A stretch of 64,000 nt of DNA from Utricularia gibba (taxonomy: Eukaryota > Plantae > Magnoliophyta). The notes beneath the pieces were generated by a model. That model ran no database searches. It was not told the DNA's origin and was given only the letters and a program-made list of their open reading frames with translations. Location: assembly GCA_002189035.1 (NCBI GenBank), contig NEEC01000009.1, positions 2,046,001 through 2,110,000 of the forward strand, in the 5' to 3' direction. A program made the position numbers and the translations under genes. Of this stretch, positions 11,881-25,792 are shown piece by piece. Numbering within the stretch: position 1 is the stretch's first letter; the number at the start of each line of letters is the position of its first letter.

Positions 11881-13220
11881 ATGAAGATGGCGGAACAAAT
11901 CTACAAAATCACCCACGAAAATGAATCCTTACTAACCTTCGATCTAGAAGAGATGGCAGAAATGTGTAAAGGAAGAGCTCACGATCAGATGGGCGAATTC
12001 CAGTTAACAGCCAAAAAAACAGCGGTTCAAGTCCAACAATTGGCAGCAGTCTCGCTACTAATCGCGATTCCCCTGTTTCTACTCCACTCTTCGTACAACA
12101 AATACGGTGCTTCTCTGTGGAAAGGCGATTACAGCGGAGGAGATTCGAGGAAGGATTTGGACCTGTTCATTGGAGAGTGGGTGCGGGATCCGGCGGGGGC
12201 ACATTACACCAACTGGAGCTGCGATGCCATTCAAGAGTTCAGTTGCATTAAGGCAGGTCGGCCGGACGACGGGTACATGAAATGGCGGTGGCGACCGGAC
12301 GGCGGGGAACTACCGGCGTTCGAAGCGGAGGAGTTTCTGGAGATGATGAGAGGGAAGGCGATGGGGTTCGTTGGGGATTCGTTAGCCAGAAATCAAGTCG
12401 ACTCTCTCGTTTGCCTCTTATCCAGGGTTAGTCCCGAATCTCAATCCAATTTAATCTTCGAATCAGGGCGAAGCTGAGATTCAGTTTGCAGGTTGCCAGG
12501 CGGGAGCTGCATGCGGAGAAGTTCGGGAAAAAGGTTTACAGATTCGCCGACTACGACTTCAACCTCTCCATAAGCTGGTCTGTGTACCTCGTCCACTCCG
12601 AAGCCACCGTGATCGAAGATTACTCCCACCCCTTCAACATCTTCCTCGACGAGTTCGACCTCCTCTGGACCAGGCGAATCGCCGAATTCGACTACATTGT
12701 TATATCCGCCGACCGGTGGTTCACTCGGCCGACCTTCTTGTACATCAACCGCAAGCTCATCGGCTGCCTCCATTGCAGCGACCTCAAGGTGCCTCACTAC
12801 CCGATATCCTTTGCCTACGCTCGCGCCTTCAACACAGCCTTCCGCGCGATCAATTCGGCCGACAATTTCTCCGGTACCGTCTTCTTGAGGACGTATTCAC
12901 CAGCGCATTACGATGGGGCATGGAATAAGGGCGGCGACTGCCTGCGGACGGAGCCGTTAAGGCGGGAAGAGTTGGAGGTGGAGGACACTGATAAGCAAAT
13001 GTATGCTGCACAGTTGGAGGAGCTGGGAATTGCACGGAAAGCCGGGGGGCGGAAGTTCCGGCTGTTGGATGTGACGATGGCGATGGCTCTGAGGCCAGAT
13101 GGGCATCCGAGTCATTACGGCCGTAAACGGGGTTTTGCTAATGACTGTGTGCATTGGTGCCTCCCAGGCCCCATTGATGCTTGGAATAGCTTGCTGCAGG
13201 AGTTGTTGAGAAGAGAGTAG
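11881..13220 (+). CDS. Trichome birefringence-like O-acetyltransferase, TBL19/20/21-like, copy B (tandem paralog)
   Basis: TM segment, GDSLARN, intron 12427-12491, DGHPSHY and [15 protein letters not shown]. Two conserved N-terminal Cys are replaced. Start could be the ATG at 11881 or 11887. Confidence 0.9.
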
Positions 13221-13289
13221 TAACGTGTGTTAAAGACAGAATCTTTGTTTGAAGTCTGGTTCCAGATTCAAACACTTTCATCAATATAC

Positions 13290-14712
13290 TCAGAAAGCAA
13301 TCTTGATGAATACAAGCAGGTGTAGCAACAAAATATAGAGCACGAAGGCTGACCTCAACAGCGCCATTCTCCCCATGGTATAGTTTCTTCGAGCCATATG
13401 CACAGGAAGCTTGTGCTCATCGTAATCAGATGGATATTCAGTGTAGGAGCTGCTTCTCGCAAATCTATTCCGAGTGATGATAGTATCTGAGTTTCGGTTC
13501 TCTATTCGTTTCCACGTGCCACTTGACTTTTCTAGTTCCAACTCAAGGTGATGGATTTCGTCAATGAGGCCTTCGGCTTGGGACTGATGGACACAAAAGA
13601 GAACAGAAGTTATATTATCAATAGAGCATCAAGGGGAGATGGGTGAAGGATGAGATTTGACCTGCTTCATTGCAAGCTGCTCTATCAGGCTGTGAAGCTG
13701 TTTATCTAGTGCCTTCTCTCGCTGTGCTGTGCAGATGCAACAGGGCACAAAAAGTGAAAACCTTCTATGTAATTTCAGTTAAAAGGAGAACAAGTACCTG
13801 GAGTGGGCTGTTTCAAGGCACTTTCTTGAACTTGTTGCCATCTTTTCTCCAGTTCTTGCACAACCTTCTCCATTGAAACCACCTCCTTTTTCTTGTTCTC
13901 TAACAATGCGAGTTTCGAAGCTTTTTCCTCTTCCTGGGCTTTGCTAGCTGATCCCGAATCGTTAAGCGATCTCCCAGATTCTTGGAGCTCACTGTCTTCT
14001 CTGGTTCCCAGAAGCTCCCTTTTCAGGCTCTCCGCGACCTGGTCAACCTCCTGCAGAACAAAACTGTTATGGAGATCATCCGCAGAGGGAAAATCAAAGT
14101 AGCTGCTCCACAAATGCAAATAAGCATCGAAATTGATCCCGAACCTTCAACTTACTTCGAAGCAAATCCGCTTCCTTCACCCTTTCCTCTATCTTAATTT
14201 GACAATTTAGAATTGAATTTTGATATTCAATGTTTTCCTCTTGCAACCGTTCCTCTCTGAGCTGTGCCTGAAGAAATCCCAAAACAAAGCGATATCTCTC
14301 AATAAAAATAGAAGATTGCATCAAGGATCTGCAATTCGCATCAGCCCGAAGAATTACAGAAAAATGAGGAAAAAAAATCAAAGCCGCCCCGATAAGCGAG
14401 TGAAAAACAATGAGATACCTCTTGTTTGGTAGCGGAGTGGGCATTAAGCTGCAGCGAGAGAGCATTATTAGAAGCCACGGAGCGAGCGTGCAGATCAGGA
14501 AGGCGTTGTGAAATATCCGGCGGCGGCAATCTCAGCCGCAGATCTTGGATCGAGCGGTTTAAGGAAGCTGCTTTTTGGTCTAATTCCTGAATATACGCCA
14601 GTTGCTCTGGTGTGAAGATCGGAAGCAACGAGGCATCATCCTTCTCCGCGTCGCTTACCTCTCCGCCCCCGCCGGCAACGACGTCCGCCGCCCAAGCTAA
14701 AAGTCCCGCCAT
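13290..14712 (-). CDS. Coiled-coil protein with C-terminal TM anchor (At5g15880 'golgin family A'-like)
   Basis: Starts MAGLLAWAADVV; contains SIQDLRLRLPPPDISQRLPDLHA. Five exons with GT-AG junctions; ends RSAFVLYILLLHLLVFIKIAF*. Confidence 0.85.
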
Positions 14713-15074
14713 CTCCTCTAACTTCCGACGCGATCCAGCGACACCAGTCTCTCCTTTTCTGTTACTGCACAGAAAAGCAAAATAAAACAAGAAACCAGGA
14801 AATGGACCGGACCTGAAAAACGGACATTTTCGGCCCAGTTTTATCAGAATATTCCATCATAAATAATCGTTTCGCAATGAAATTAAAAAAAAAAAAAGAA
14901 AACAAGAAAACAAAATGAGCACGTGCTTCTGGAAGGCTGGAAACTGGGAATTGGTGCTTATATTCTATGCGCCGAAATCAACGTGACGATTGGGAGCCTT
15001 TGCCAGGTTCTCGAATGATTACACTATCTGTCTGCACTCTACATTCTGATTGAATTGTTAACTTCCGGTCGCCG

Positions 15075-17485
15075 ATGGAGACGTCGTCGTCGTTGCCGCC
15101 GAGGTTTTCGTTGACGGATATAGGTGCCGCTGAGGAATCAAATACTTTGGTCAAGGTATCCAGTTATCCGAGCGATTCTCTGGATCAGATGCGGAGGCGG
15201 AGAATTTCGCATTCTTCGGAGACTCGGCCTCGTCGTCAGAGATCGTTCAGCCGCGACATTGGTCATGCTGCGGCTGAGACTTATTTGCTTACAAGGCTTA
15301 GCTTTAAGCTGCTCGTTTATCTCGGGTACTTGCTCCATTTTCTTGGTTATTTGGTACTTGAGGCTTGTTGATTGAGACACGGCTTGTTATTTAATGTTTT
15401 AGTGCGGTAATGGCCATGGCGCTTTGTGTAGTAAACTTGGACTGAGTATTGTTGCAAAATTCTTCTGGTTTGTGGTTGATGTTCTCGCTATAAATATTTG
15501 TATTCAGGTTAGGATACCGGTGGATAACAAGACTATTAGCTCTTGCTCTCTATGCCACCTTTCTCATGCCTGGATTTCTTCAAGGTGGTTCAATTCAGTG
15601 ACACTCTTTTTTGTGTTGTCATATTACCAAAAAAGAAATATGATGTACGTAAATCATCTGTTTAAGAATCATGATGTGTTCCTGAAAATGAAGCCAAGGC
15701 ATTTTGAGTAATTGTATTGAGTTCACCGCAGTTGCTTTTCTCTATTACTTTTCAAGCCAAGTACATCGAAGTATTGTTTATGGCAATCAACCAAGAAATA
15801 GGTTTGTTACTGTCTCTTCGTGTTGTGTGTTTACCCACATTTCTGTTGCTGTTGTGTAACCAGATATTACATCACAGGCTGGATTTGTATTTGCCCGCAA
15901 ACTGTGATGGAATGAAGCCCATAGTAATATTTGTGACTGGTGGAGCATGGATTATTGGGTGAGTCTGTCATCTCCTTTTACCTATCTTCCTCTGCAATGG
16001 GTGGGTGACTGGGTGGCGTGAAGGAGGAGGGTATTTTCATAATCTCACATTTTACGATGCTGAATGCTTAATATTACTGATAAGACACTAAAAATCATTG
16101 AAACAGCTAAACTTCGAAACTGGGGGCCATCTGCACCCTTTCCAGTATTTATGATTCTCCATTCTACAAATGCAGTTATAAGGCATGGGGTTCGCTACTG
16201 GGGCTGCAGTTAGCAGGAAGAGACATCATTGTGGCATGCATCGATTACAGGTATCTTGACTTTGTAATGATATGGTATGTTCTTTTTTAACCTCAGCGTT
16301 GTCCTTTATGTTTTTTTGTTTAGAAATTTTCCACAGGGAACAATCGGTGATATGGTGAACGATGTTTCTCAAGGCATTGCATATATTTTTGAAAATATTA
16401 TCGAAATTGGTGGAGACCCTGACAGGTTAGTCTTGGTTATGCGGAAAATCAGGATATAGGTTGGTGTAAGCCAGAAAATATCATCTCACCTCGAGACATT
16501 GACTACAATGAAATCCATATCCAGAACCCATGTAATCTGTGCCTTTCTCAGGATTTATCTAATGGGTCAATCAGCTGGCGCACATATCTCTGCGTGTGCT
16601 CTTTTAGATCAGGCAATCAGAGAATCCAGAGGGGAAAGTGTGAGTTGGAGTGCTTCTAGGATAAATACATATTTCGCTCTCTCTGGAGGGTACGAACTAT
16701 GCTTTTATTATTTTTGTTTGCTCTCTCTAACCTCTTGGTGAACTCTTACCATGCAAAACCTACCATTTACAGATACAATTTACTTGAATTAGTGGACCAT
16801 TTCAATAATCGAGGCCTGTACCGTTCTATCTTCCTGAGGTATTTAATCTCTTGGAAAGTCCTGTTCTAGCATACTTGTGCATTGCCTTTTCCAGTAACAA
16901 CTTACCTACGCGTCACTTTGCTGTCAAGTGTCATGGAAGGCGAAGGATCATTGGCAAAGTACTCCCCGAACTCATTGTGCGAGGCATGGAAGCCTCCGCA
17001 GTTTCTCTGCTCCCACACACTATTCTCTTCCATGGAACCTCAGATTACTCCATTCCATCAGATGCCAGGTCAGTGTAAACATTTTTCTGATTCTGAAACT
17101 CCAGGATGAAGAAGATCTCCCTCAAACAGATAATCATGCTCCTCCATCTTATTCCACCACAGTAAAACATTTGTCGTTGCACTCCGAAGCTCCGGGGCAA
17201 GTGCAGATCTCATACTCTACAACGGAAAGACGCACACAGATCTATTCCTCCAAGTAAGTGATTGTGTCTGAACATGCTCCTTTTCTTTTCCATGCATCTT
17301 AGCTGCGTGCACCTGAACCGCAGGACCCTCTTCGCGGAGGCAAAGATGAACTTTTTGACTACACAGTAACCTTCATACATAGAGATAACAAGGAGGCCCT
17401 CGCCAGGGATGCCATGGCTCATCCAAGGAAGCGCCTTGTGCCGGAGATACTCCTGAAATTGGCCGGCAAAGTGAGTCCCTTTTAA
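15075..17485 (+). CDS. ICME: Isoprenylcysteine alpha-carbonyl methylesterase (ICME/PRCME family)
   Basis: Multi-exon gene. Motifs [45 protein letters not shown] (nucleophile), [26 protein letters not shown]; ends KVSPF* at 17485. Confidence 0.92.
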
Positions 17486-17886
17486 CCTCCGAGGTGTCAA
17501 AAGTACAATGGAATCTCCCACCAGGTAACCCCAAGGAGATACAATGCACGTATGTTCATCCTCTACTCTAGTATGAATTCTTTCCTCATAAGAAAGTAAC
17601 TACTGTTTTATTTTCAAAAAAAAACGGTCCGCTTCTAAAAAAAAAATTGTTTAAAAAAATAGGAATTTAGAAGCTTTTTGGAACACTTTTTAATTATAAC
17701 TATTTAAAAAAACTATAACTTGAAGTTGTTGGGTTAAAGGCCCAATACAAAACCCAAAGCTCATCATTGGAAGGCCCAATCCGGGATGTATGTTTTCCCG
17801 CCACGTACGAAGTAACCGCTTCTCGGTATGCAAAGCATGTTGGTTCATCTTGTACAACGAACCTGTGCTGTTCTTGTTTATGCGCC

Positions 17887-20732
17887 ATGGATCACATCGC
17901 CCCTGTTCCTCTGTCTGTGACAATCTTGATCTTGTTCCTGCAGTTCGCGCCGACGGTTTCGGGGTACTCGAAATTTTCGAAGTTTTCTCCACATCTACAC
18001 TCATTTTCAGGTATTTTCTCTCCATCCAATTTTCCATTTTCCTGTGCTGTCGTGGAGAAACCATTATTTCCTTTCGAACCGGCAAAGAATAGAGAATTTT
18101 GTTGCTGTTATTCACTGTTTCTTTCTGTTTTTTATCTTACGCCCAAGGGTGTGTTTATGGTGGAAAGGGAACAGACATTGTTTGGTGAAGTACATAAGTA
18201 CTTCGTTTTTTTTTTTCTTTTTTTTTTTTTGTGGTTGAAGGCGGTGAAACTAAGACAAGAGGCGTCAAAAAACTTTTTAAGAACTTCATCGGGGACAACC
18301 GTCGAATTTACGTTTGTTCGGGGAAAGAGTTCTATTCTTTTGAAAGCAATGGTACTATTGCTTGGTCAGTGCACTTGAATTATACATGCAGTGCTGATAT
18401 CGCCCCTGTTCATGGAGGATCAAGAAAGGCATACCACCTCAACTCTATTCTTCTACAGTTTTTGTGTACTTCCAACATGCCCCAATAGTGATTCCACCCG
18501 TTGCAGATATATGTGGTTGCAGAAAACAGAGTACTGAAACTCTATCCTCTAAATATTGGAACATCTGAAGCAGCTGTAAGATTGTTCTTTGATCCTGGAC
18601 TCGTGGAAGAAGGACCTGGTGAAATTGTGGGAGTTTCTGCAAGCATATCCAGCTCTGTTGTTCTTATAAATGTGAAAAACCGTGGGTTGTTTGCCTACAA
18701 GATGCACGGAGAGCTCCTTTGGGTCGCTGATCCGGTGCTTTACCAGCACGGATATCGTAGAGGATGCCGAAAAAACAGCACTGAGTGCTACTTTGTATCA
18801 CCCCCTGTCATAGACCACTGTGAAGCAAGCGTATTTGTATCCCACTTGAACTGATCTGATCAGTTTCTCTTTGTGATACTTGAGCTTGAGTTGGTGATGA
18901 CGCCTGAGAGAAGTCAGTTTTCTTGCAGGTGTATAACAATGTTGGGGAACTCTACTCCTTGTCGCTTCGTCATCTTCATTTTAACTGGATTCAAGACCTT
19001 AGGATGTTTGGGAATTCATTTGTCATCACTGCAGGCAACAATGGTCGTTTGTATGTTACCGTACCGGATTCAGGACTCGTTCTTGCATTGAGTTCCTTGA
19101 CAGGGAATATTCTGTGGCAAGAAAGTGTAGGGCCATTGAGTTCATCGGATTATGAGCCAGTTGTTGACGCAAACGGTAACGTGTTCTTTGTTGCTGTAAA
19201 ATGAGCCAAAAGATGATTGAATCTTTGGCAGGTTGGATATCCTTTGGCTCGTTGGACGGCTTTCTGTATTCCTTCTCTCCAATGGGAGCACTCAAAAAGT
19301 TCAAGTCAACTGGTTCAAATTCTGTGATCCAGATGAACCCCATTCTTGATTGTTCAGGCTATGGAGTCTACATCTCCGAGAAGGAAATGGATTATTCCCA
19401 TGTTTCTACATCGAAACCGAAAAACGCAGTGTTTACTCACCTCATTCCAGCTTCTGGTGACGTTCATCACTCTGAAAGTGATCCTGGTAAGCGTAATTAC
19501 TAAGCCTTTTAACCCTCCTGTCCGGATCAATCCTTTCATCCTTCTTACTTGTTAGATGACTAGAGCTGTGGTAAACACAGGTATGCTCTTGGTCAAGCTT
19601 TCTCAGAGTGATCTTCAGCACTTCATTGTGGATGAAAGAACACTCCTGGCCTTTTTTGCAGCTTCGAGTCAGTTGAGAATACCCTCTCCTTTGCAATGTT
19701 TCCTGCGGAGCACTTCCCTTATCCTTCTATGTTCAACGATGCAGGAAACAGAAGTTCCTGGCCATGCCGCTCAACCCGTAATACTCTTTGTAACCATGCT
19801 TGTGCTCGTTCGAATGCATCTATGGGATACCACTTCCATTTACTTTCTCCGTTTCAGGGCAGAAGCTTGCTTCCAGTTGCTCGCAGGTGAAGCTTGAGAG
19901 TATACGCATCTACACAGGTCGAATGAAGGCTACTTGCTTAACTTTCCTCAGGCTGTATCCAACATAACCTTGACCCCTGCTGTCCTGATTCACTTCAGGT
20001 GAGAAGAAGACAATCATACTGTTTGTGGTAATCGAGTCGATTCTCCTGGTGGTACTTGCAGCTGCAGTAGGATACTGCTGCATCTTCTGGAGAAAGCAGA
20101 AGCTTCAAGGCCTAGGTCTTGGGAACTTCCTCGACAAGAGAGTAAGGCTGGGAGCTTGCATCATCCGAGTCGGTCTCTCCCAAACTGACGAACGATCTCC
20201 TTCATTCCTTCAGCGTTCTCTGCGATCCGAGATGAAGGCATTCGACCGGATGATCTGCGAGCTCGAACGGAAGACATCCAAGGAGACGGAGACGTCTAAT
20301 GATGTGCTGGGGAGGCTAAGCCATTTAATCAAACGACGGGAGCGCATCCGGAGGAAGCTGTCCTCGCGTTACAGTTTAGGTAGAGATGGAGAAGCATCGG
20401 GCCTGAGGCCGGTGCTCCCATCGTACAAGGGCGAAACGAGAAGCTACTCGTTCCGAGGTTCCAACAAAGAGAGTCTCACCATATTCCACTCACTCAGCGA
20501 CACTACTTGCTCTGGTTCTTCAGAGTCGGAGGGGTACGCCAGCACCATGGAGGAGGAAGCCAGGGACGACGCCGTAAAGGGAAAAGCTCGTATCGAAGAG
20601 GAAAGCTCCGGCGACTGTGAGATGACGACTGCATCGCCTTCGACTTCGGGAACTGCATCCTGCAGCGATGCCTCGCTTGGCTACCGTTCTGGAAGCTTGA
20701 GGAGAAGAGCATTCTCGTTGGAGCGCAGGTGA
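17887..20732 (+). CDS. GEX3: GAMETE EXPRESSED 3 (PQQ-type beta-propeller, single TM)
   Basis: Signal peptide, FESNGTIAWSVHLNYTC, GELYSLS, WISFGSLDGFLYSFSP, PCRSTRQKLASSCSQ, then TM followed by CCIFWRKQKLQ. Splices in frame using introns 18011-18240, 18429-18506 (GC-AG), 19778-19857 and others. Confidence 0.88.
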
Positions 20733-20807
20733 ACGTGTGCGCGAGAGAGGGACAGCAACCCAATGCTTGCTTCTCGTAAGAACACGGAGACGGTTGCACA
20801 ATAATAA

Positions 20808-20845
20808 ATTATTATTATTATCATGGCGGCGGCGGCGGCGGCGGC
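20808..20845 (+). repeat. Compound microsatellite (ATT)4...(GGC)7 downstream of GEX3
   Basis: Read directly: attattattatt at 20808-20819 and ggc x7 at 20825-20845. Confidence 0.8.
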
Positions 20846-21161
20846 GCCGGAAGACTGCAATGCTGTCTTGTTTCGCGTTAGAACATAAACCGGCAAACCA
20901 ACAACTATCTTATAAGGGCAAAAGCAGCACACGTCAAATACCAAACAAGTGCCTACTACACGAATGAGGATAGACGTATTGGTACCTACAACAAACCTCG
21001 GATTCCACGAAGGATGGAGGAAGCCAACGTGTCTCTATCTTCTTCAGAATGAATGGAATTCTACCGTGTGGAAAGCGGCGACATTTTAAGACTAAAAATA
21101 CACAACTGCGACGAGAGCCTGACCTGCCGGAAGCTCTTAAGAGAGCAGGTTCTCAAGTAAC

Positions 21162-24100
21162 TTACATCACGAGGAAATTCAGTAATTTCTTCCCCAAAGA
21201 AAGTTCACCGGGGTGCGTCACCTCATCATCATCATCACCATCGCTGCTGCTGTCATGGTAGTTGTGACTGACGCTCTCGGTTCTGAGCTGGTTTGTGCCG
21301 TCTTGTTTGTCATGGAGAGCCCCCTCGCCAGCCAAATTGTTTGCAGTGCCTACATTATCAATCTGGGTGCTCCCTGCATTGAGGAACTGTAAAACATGCG
21401 GCAGGGAAAGTAGAAAAGTTACGAAGGATCATGAGAAATGGGAAAAATAACTGGCAAGGTAGTGGCGATGGGCAGTAACAACAGCGAGATAAAGCATGCT
21501 TACGGGGCTGTCGGCTGAGAATTCACTTGCAGCCGCACCACTTCTACTTTGCGAGACTGTTGCACCAACTTCAAACTTCCCAGATTCGTTGGTGGCAAGT
21601 CCAGGGGCTTTGCTTCGTTTGCCTCTACCTTTTCCTTTTCCCTTTTTATCTAGGGGCAAAGCTCCATTGGTTGACGTTACCACAGATCTGCGGGGCGCAT
21701 GGAAAAACACTCAAACAGGAACCAAGAAATGCGGAAACATGTAGAGACAGTGCGAACACTGAAAGGCAACTAATAACATTAGCAATGATAGGTAAATGGA
21801 GAAGTTCAACATAGCTACAGTGGGAACTTACTTTTTGGGTTGCCGAAGGTTGTAACGTTTCTGGCCAAAGCTTTCAACTTCAGAGACTTTTTGACGCCTC
21901 TTTGGACGGTCACCGTCCACAGCGCCATCAGACTGGTCATCTACCTGAATCTCATTTGTTGCTGCTTGTGAACCAGTGCGGTTCCGCTTTCTCTGATTAA
22001 GATCGGTGTCGGCAAGGCTTTGATCATTTTCGTGAACAGAATGCTCTCTGTTGCCATTTGGCTGGCCACCTGAAGATATCTCGGCCATAAGAGATGTTTC
22101 CCTACTAGCCACAGACCTAGTCCTGGTTGACTCACGATGGCGTGCCCTCCTACCTGAACTCTGGGAAGCTTCAGTCAGACCTTCATCGATTGGTAGTAGC
22201 ACGCGACCTACTCCAGCACTATTCGATTCACCTATCTTCGCATCAAATGAATCATTAATTCGTTTCCCCGATGGCTCTGCTACTCCACTGCCTGGTAATG
22301 CCTTTGGAGAATCAGCAGCTTTATTTGCATACTCTACAGAGTCTTCAGCATTCTCGAGTTCAAGCTTCGTTCCAGGTGACAGTTTAAAAATCCTTGAGGT
22401 ACATTTTCTGATCCATGAAATGGTTCCGCCTGCAGCAGGTGAACGTGACTTGACATCAGCAGGTGAGGAATTGGAAATTAACTTCTTGTTTTCAACTGTC
22501 TCTTTCAGATAATCCTCTGCTAGTTTTGGCAGTGAGGGTGGCTCGATGTTTTCCAGTTCAGCTAAAGGACGGTGATCTGAAAGCATGAACTCTCGAATGA
22601 TCTCCCCGCAGCTGTTGCAGCTTTTTCGCTTATCAATAGATGCAGAGAACCGTTCCTTTTCTTTAAGAAGCTGTTCCCTTTGATCCTTTAGCTTCTGACT
22701 CAGCGCAACTAGCTCTTCAATATCCTTTCTTATCTCAAGTTGCCGTGCCTCAAGATGATCCTTGTCCTGTGAAATATCCATTTTTTCCTTCTCTCTCTTA
22801 ACCTTTTCCAACTTCAACTCTTCCATTTCTCTCTGTGCAACCTCTTTCAAGTAACTGATATTGCTAAGTTCCCGTTCACGCTGCTCTCCAAATGCCCTTT
22901 CTCTCTCAAGCAAGCTATTCTCCATATCTTCCTGCCTCCTCTGAATTTCGGCCTCGAGCTCCTGTTTTTTTATTTCAAAATCATGAACCAAACCAGATTT
23001 CTCACTTTCCAGTCTTTCAGAGAGCAATGACTTCTCGTTCTCCATGTTAGCAGCAAAAGACTCCCTGGCCAATTTCAGAGATTCGAGTTCCCTTTGCACA
23101 TTTAGTTGGGTTTCCTGCTTCTGGTTTTGCAGCCTCTCCTCTTCAGACTGCCTATATTTTTCAAAAGATCTTTTTTGCTCAAGGAGCTCATCTTTCTCTT
23201 TGCTTATCTCAGATCTTTTATCATCTAGCTCCTCCCATTCTTTCTCAAATTTCTCCTTTTCCAGTTTCAGACTATCTGCTTCTGCGAATAGCTTTTCATT
23301 TTGCACCCTGTATCTCTCTGTCTCCAGTTTCAACTCGGACTGCAAACGAAAATGTTCTTTTCTTTCTTCTTCAGTAATTTTAAGTTGTTCTCTCTCTTCT
23401 CTTAGTTTAAGCTGCAGATCTTCAGTTTCTGTTTTTAGTTTCTCAAGATCAGCAATGAACCTAAGCAACTCTTCTTTTTCATCAAGAATTTGTTTCTTCT
23501 CCTTCTCCAATTTTTCCACCTCAACTCCGTGAGAATTTTCTCTTTCTTTCAATGCCTTTAACTTGGAGGCATACTCCTCCTCATTCTGTATTACTTTTTC
23601 CATTTTTTTCTCTACAGCTTGCTCGCGTTTTCTAATTTTGTCTTCCATATGTGCAATTTCAGACTCCTTCCTCTCGACTTCTACCGACTTGTTTCTCAAC
23701 TCTTCTTCATGCAACTTTCTCTTGTTCTCCATGTCCAACTCGAAAGCCTTCTGTTTTTCATCCAAGCTGAGCTTGTGTTGGTCCAACAATTTCTGTATTT
23801 CTATCTGCAGGTGTAAGAATCAATTTTTTAGAGCACTGGAAAGTAGAAGTTGTATTTTGCCCTTGAGATTTAATGAATTTGAAGAATGTGTATTGTGAAG
23901 TGTTCTTTATGGGGGTGCTGGGGGTCATCAATAATGTCGAAAATAAGTTCGATAACGAATGAAAACACACCCGTGCGCATTGAACTAGGGGAAAAAAAAG
24001 GAACACTAGTGACCTCAAAGAAATCTCAAAATTAAAAAATCAACATGCCAGGTTTTACCTTTTCCCTGGAGTTCAGCTTATCCTCCCATTCTGATAACTG

Positions 24101-25792
24101 TTTTTCCTTCTCACCTAATCTCTTTGCCATATTTCCAGATTCCTGCATAAAATATGATGGATAAGGAAACAAACTTATAGATTCCGGAATAAAGTAAATG
24201 AATAATCTTGCCTCCTCCTGGAGAGCCAAATCAGCAATTCTCCTGTTTATATCATCCTCTTTTTCCCTCAAGCTTGAGCTTGCAGCCTCCAACTTCTTCT
24301 TTCTTTCTTCAAGGTCATTCTGCTTTTCTGTCAACACCTTATCATTCTCATTTGCCCTATCCTCTCTTTGGTTTAGCATTCTCCTACTATCAGCAAGCCT
24401 CTCTTCTGCTTCCTGTAACTTCCTGTCCCACTCTCGTAAATCTTCCCTTTGTTTAGATAAAGAAGAATCATGTGCTTTACGCCTGGAAGGAGTTCATCCA
24501 TGTCACTACGGAGTAAAATATGACTAAAAAAAGGAATAATAGCAAAAGACTCAAGTAGATATTACTCGTTATCAAAAGAAGACCGTTCTCGGCGAAGTGT
24601 GTTTTCTTGCATGACTAGCTCATTCCATCTAGTTTCTACTTCTGAGCTCTTCCTATTAATTTCTGCAAGCTTGGAATCAGCAGCATGAAATTTTGCTTCA
24701 ATTTCCAATGACTTCCCTTCAATACTTGTGATCATTGCATTAGCTTCAGCAAGTTTACAATCAGCATTGAATTTGACTTCAGCATACTCTGCACGCATAT
24801 CACGCAGTGCCTTTTCCAGCTGTGGCAAACAAAAAATTCAAAATGGAAGTGGCTAAAAGCCCAATCAAAACCTAAAAGCATAATCCCTACAAACCATTCA
24901 ATATTTATAAAAATGTCAAGATACTTTTACGAGGTAGAGACACCGTAAATGATCTGAAATGACAAAGCGAAACTCATGAAGAGAATCAGTACATACACCG
25001 ACGTAATGCAAGCCGCATGCAGTTTGTAGTCTTTATTAATATGCAAAAACAATTGGAAGGTTTCTGTTCCGGAGTTCGAGATGAAGTGAAAGCTTCACGA
25101 GGCAAGGAAATGCAAATCTTACATCATGCACACACTGTCTTTCAACACCCAAGGCTTTTTTCAAACTTTCTTCCCGCTTCTCCACTTCAGAGATAGCTGT
25201 TGCATGAGCTGCTTGTTCTCTCCTTAAGGCTTCCGTGGCATCTGACAAAGCATGCCTTATTTCTTCATATCTCGCGGTCCACTCTTTTTTTTCAATTAAA
25301 AGAAGACCCATATTGTACTGATACTCAAACAACTGCACGCATAGAAAAAACAAAAAAACCAAAAAAATTAAAGAACGTAAATCTGGTTTTCGTCCTCATG
25401 ATTACACATGCTAAATAAACCCCAGATGCTTGAAATGCAGCCCTAAGTCCCAACTTAGAATCTAAAAACATACCGAAGCAATCCAGAGCAAGGATTATAT
25501 ACATATGAAGTTTATTTTATACTTGAGAGCATAACAATTCATCATTTCTCATAACTTAAAACTCTCCCACCTCTTGCTCCAAACTCGTGAGCTTTTCACT
25601 CAAGGATCCTTGCTCCATTGCCCCGTTATCCCCATCCAGCAGACTCACAGCCTTACCCTTCGCAGCCCCTTCGCCATCACTCGAACGCACGGGAGCACTT
25701 CCTAAATCCGAGTCTGGCAATGAAGCAGGCCCTTTTTTCCTGAAAGTCTCACTCATGGGCGTCAACGGCCAGAGTCTCTTCGGGGAAAACAT
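21162..25792 (-). CDS. CRWN1: Nuclear matrix constituent protein, NMCP1/CRWN1-type (plant lamin analogue)
   Basis: Starts [12 protein letters not shown]; [18 protein letters not shown]; long coiled-coil rod; [12 protein letters not shown]; [10 protein letters not shown]; ends [15 protein letters not shown] (stop at 21162-21164). Confidence 0.92.

Noticed and set aside
19745-19917. Apparent frame switch or internal duplication in GEX3
   Set aside because: An 80-nt GT-AG intron at 19778-19857 restores PCRSTR-QKLASSCSQ in frame.
21162-21200. CRWN C-terminal motif [11 protein letters not shown] versus the usual IGKKLWNFLTT
   Set aside because: Modest substitutions in an otherwise intact NMCP1-type gene; not enough to claim altered function.
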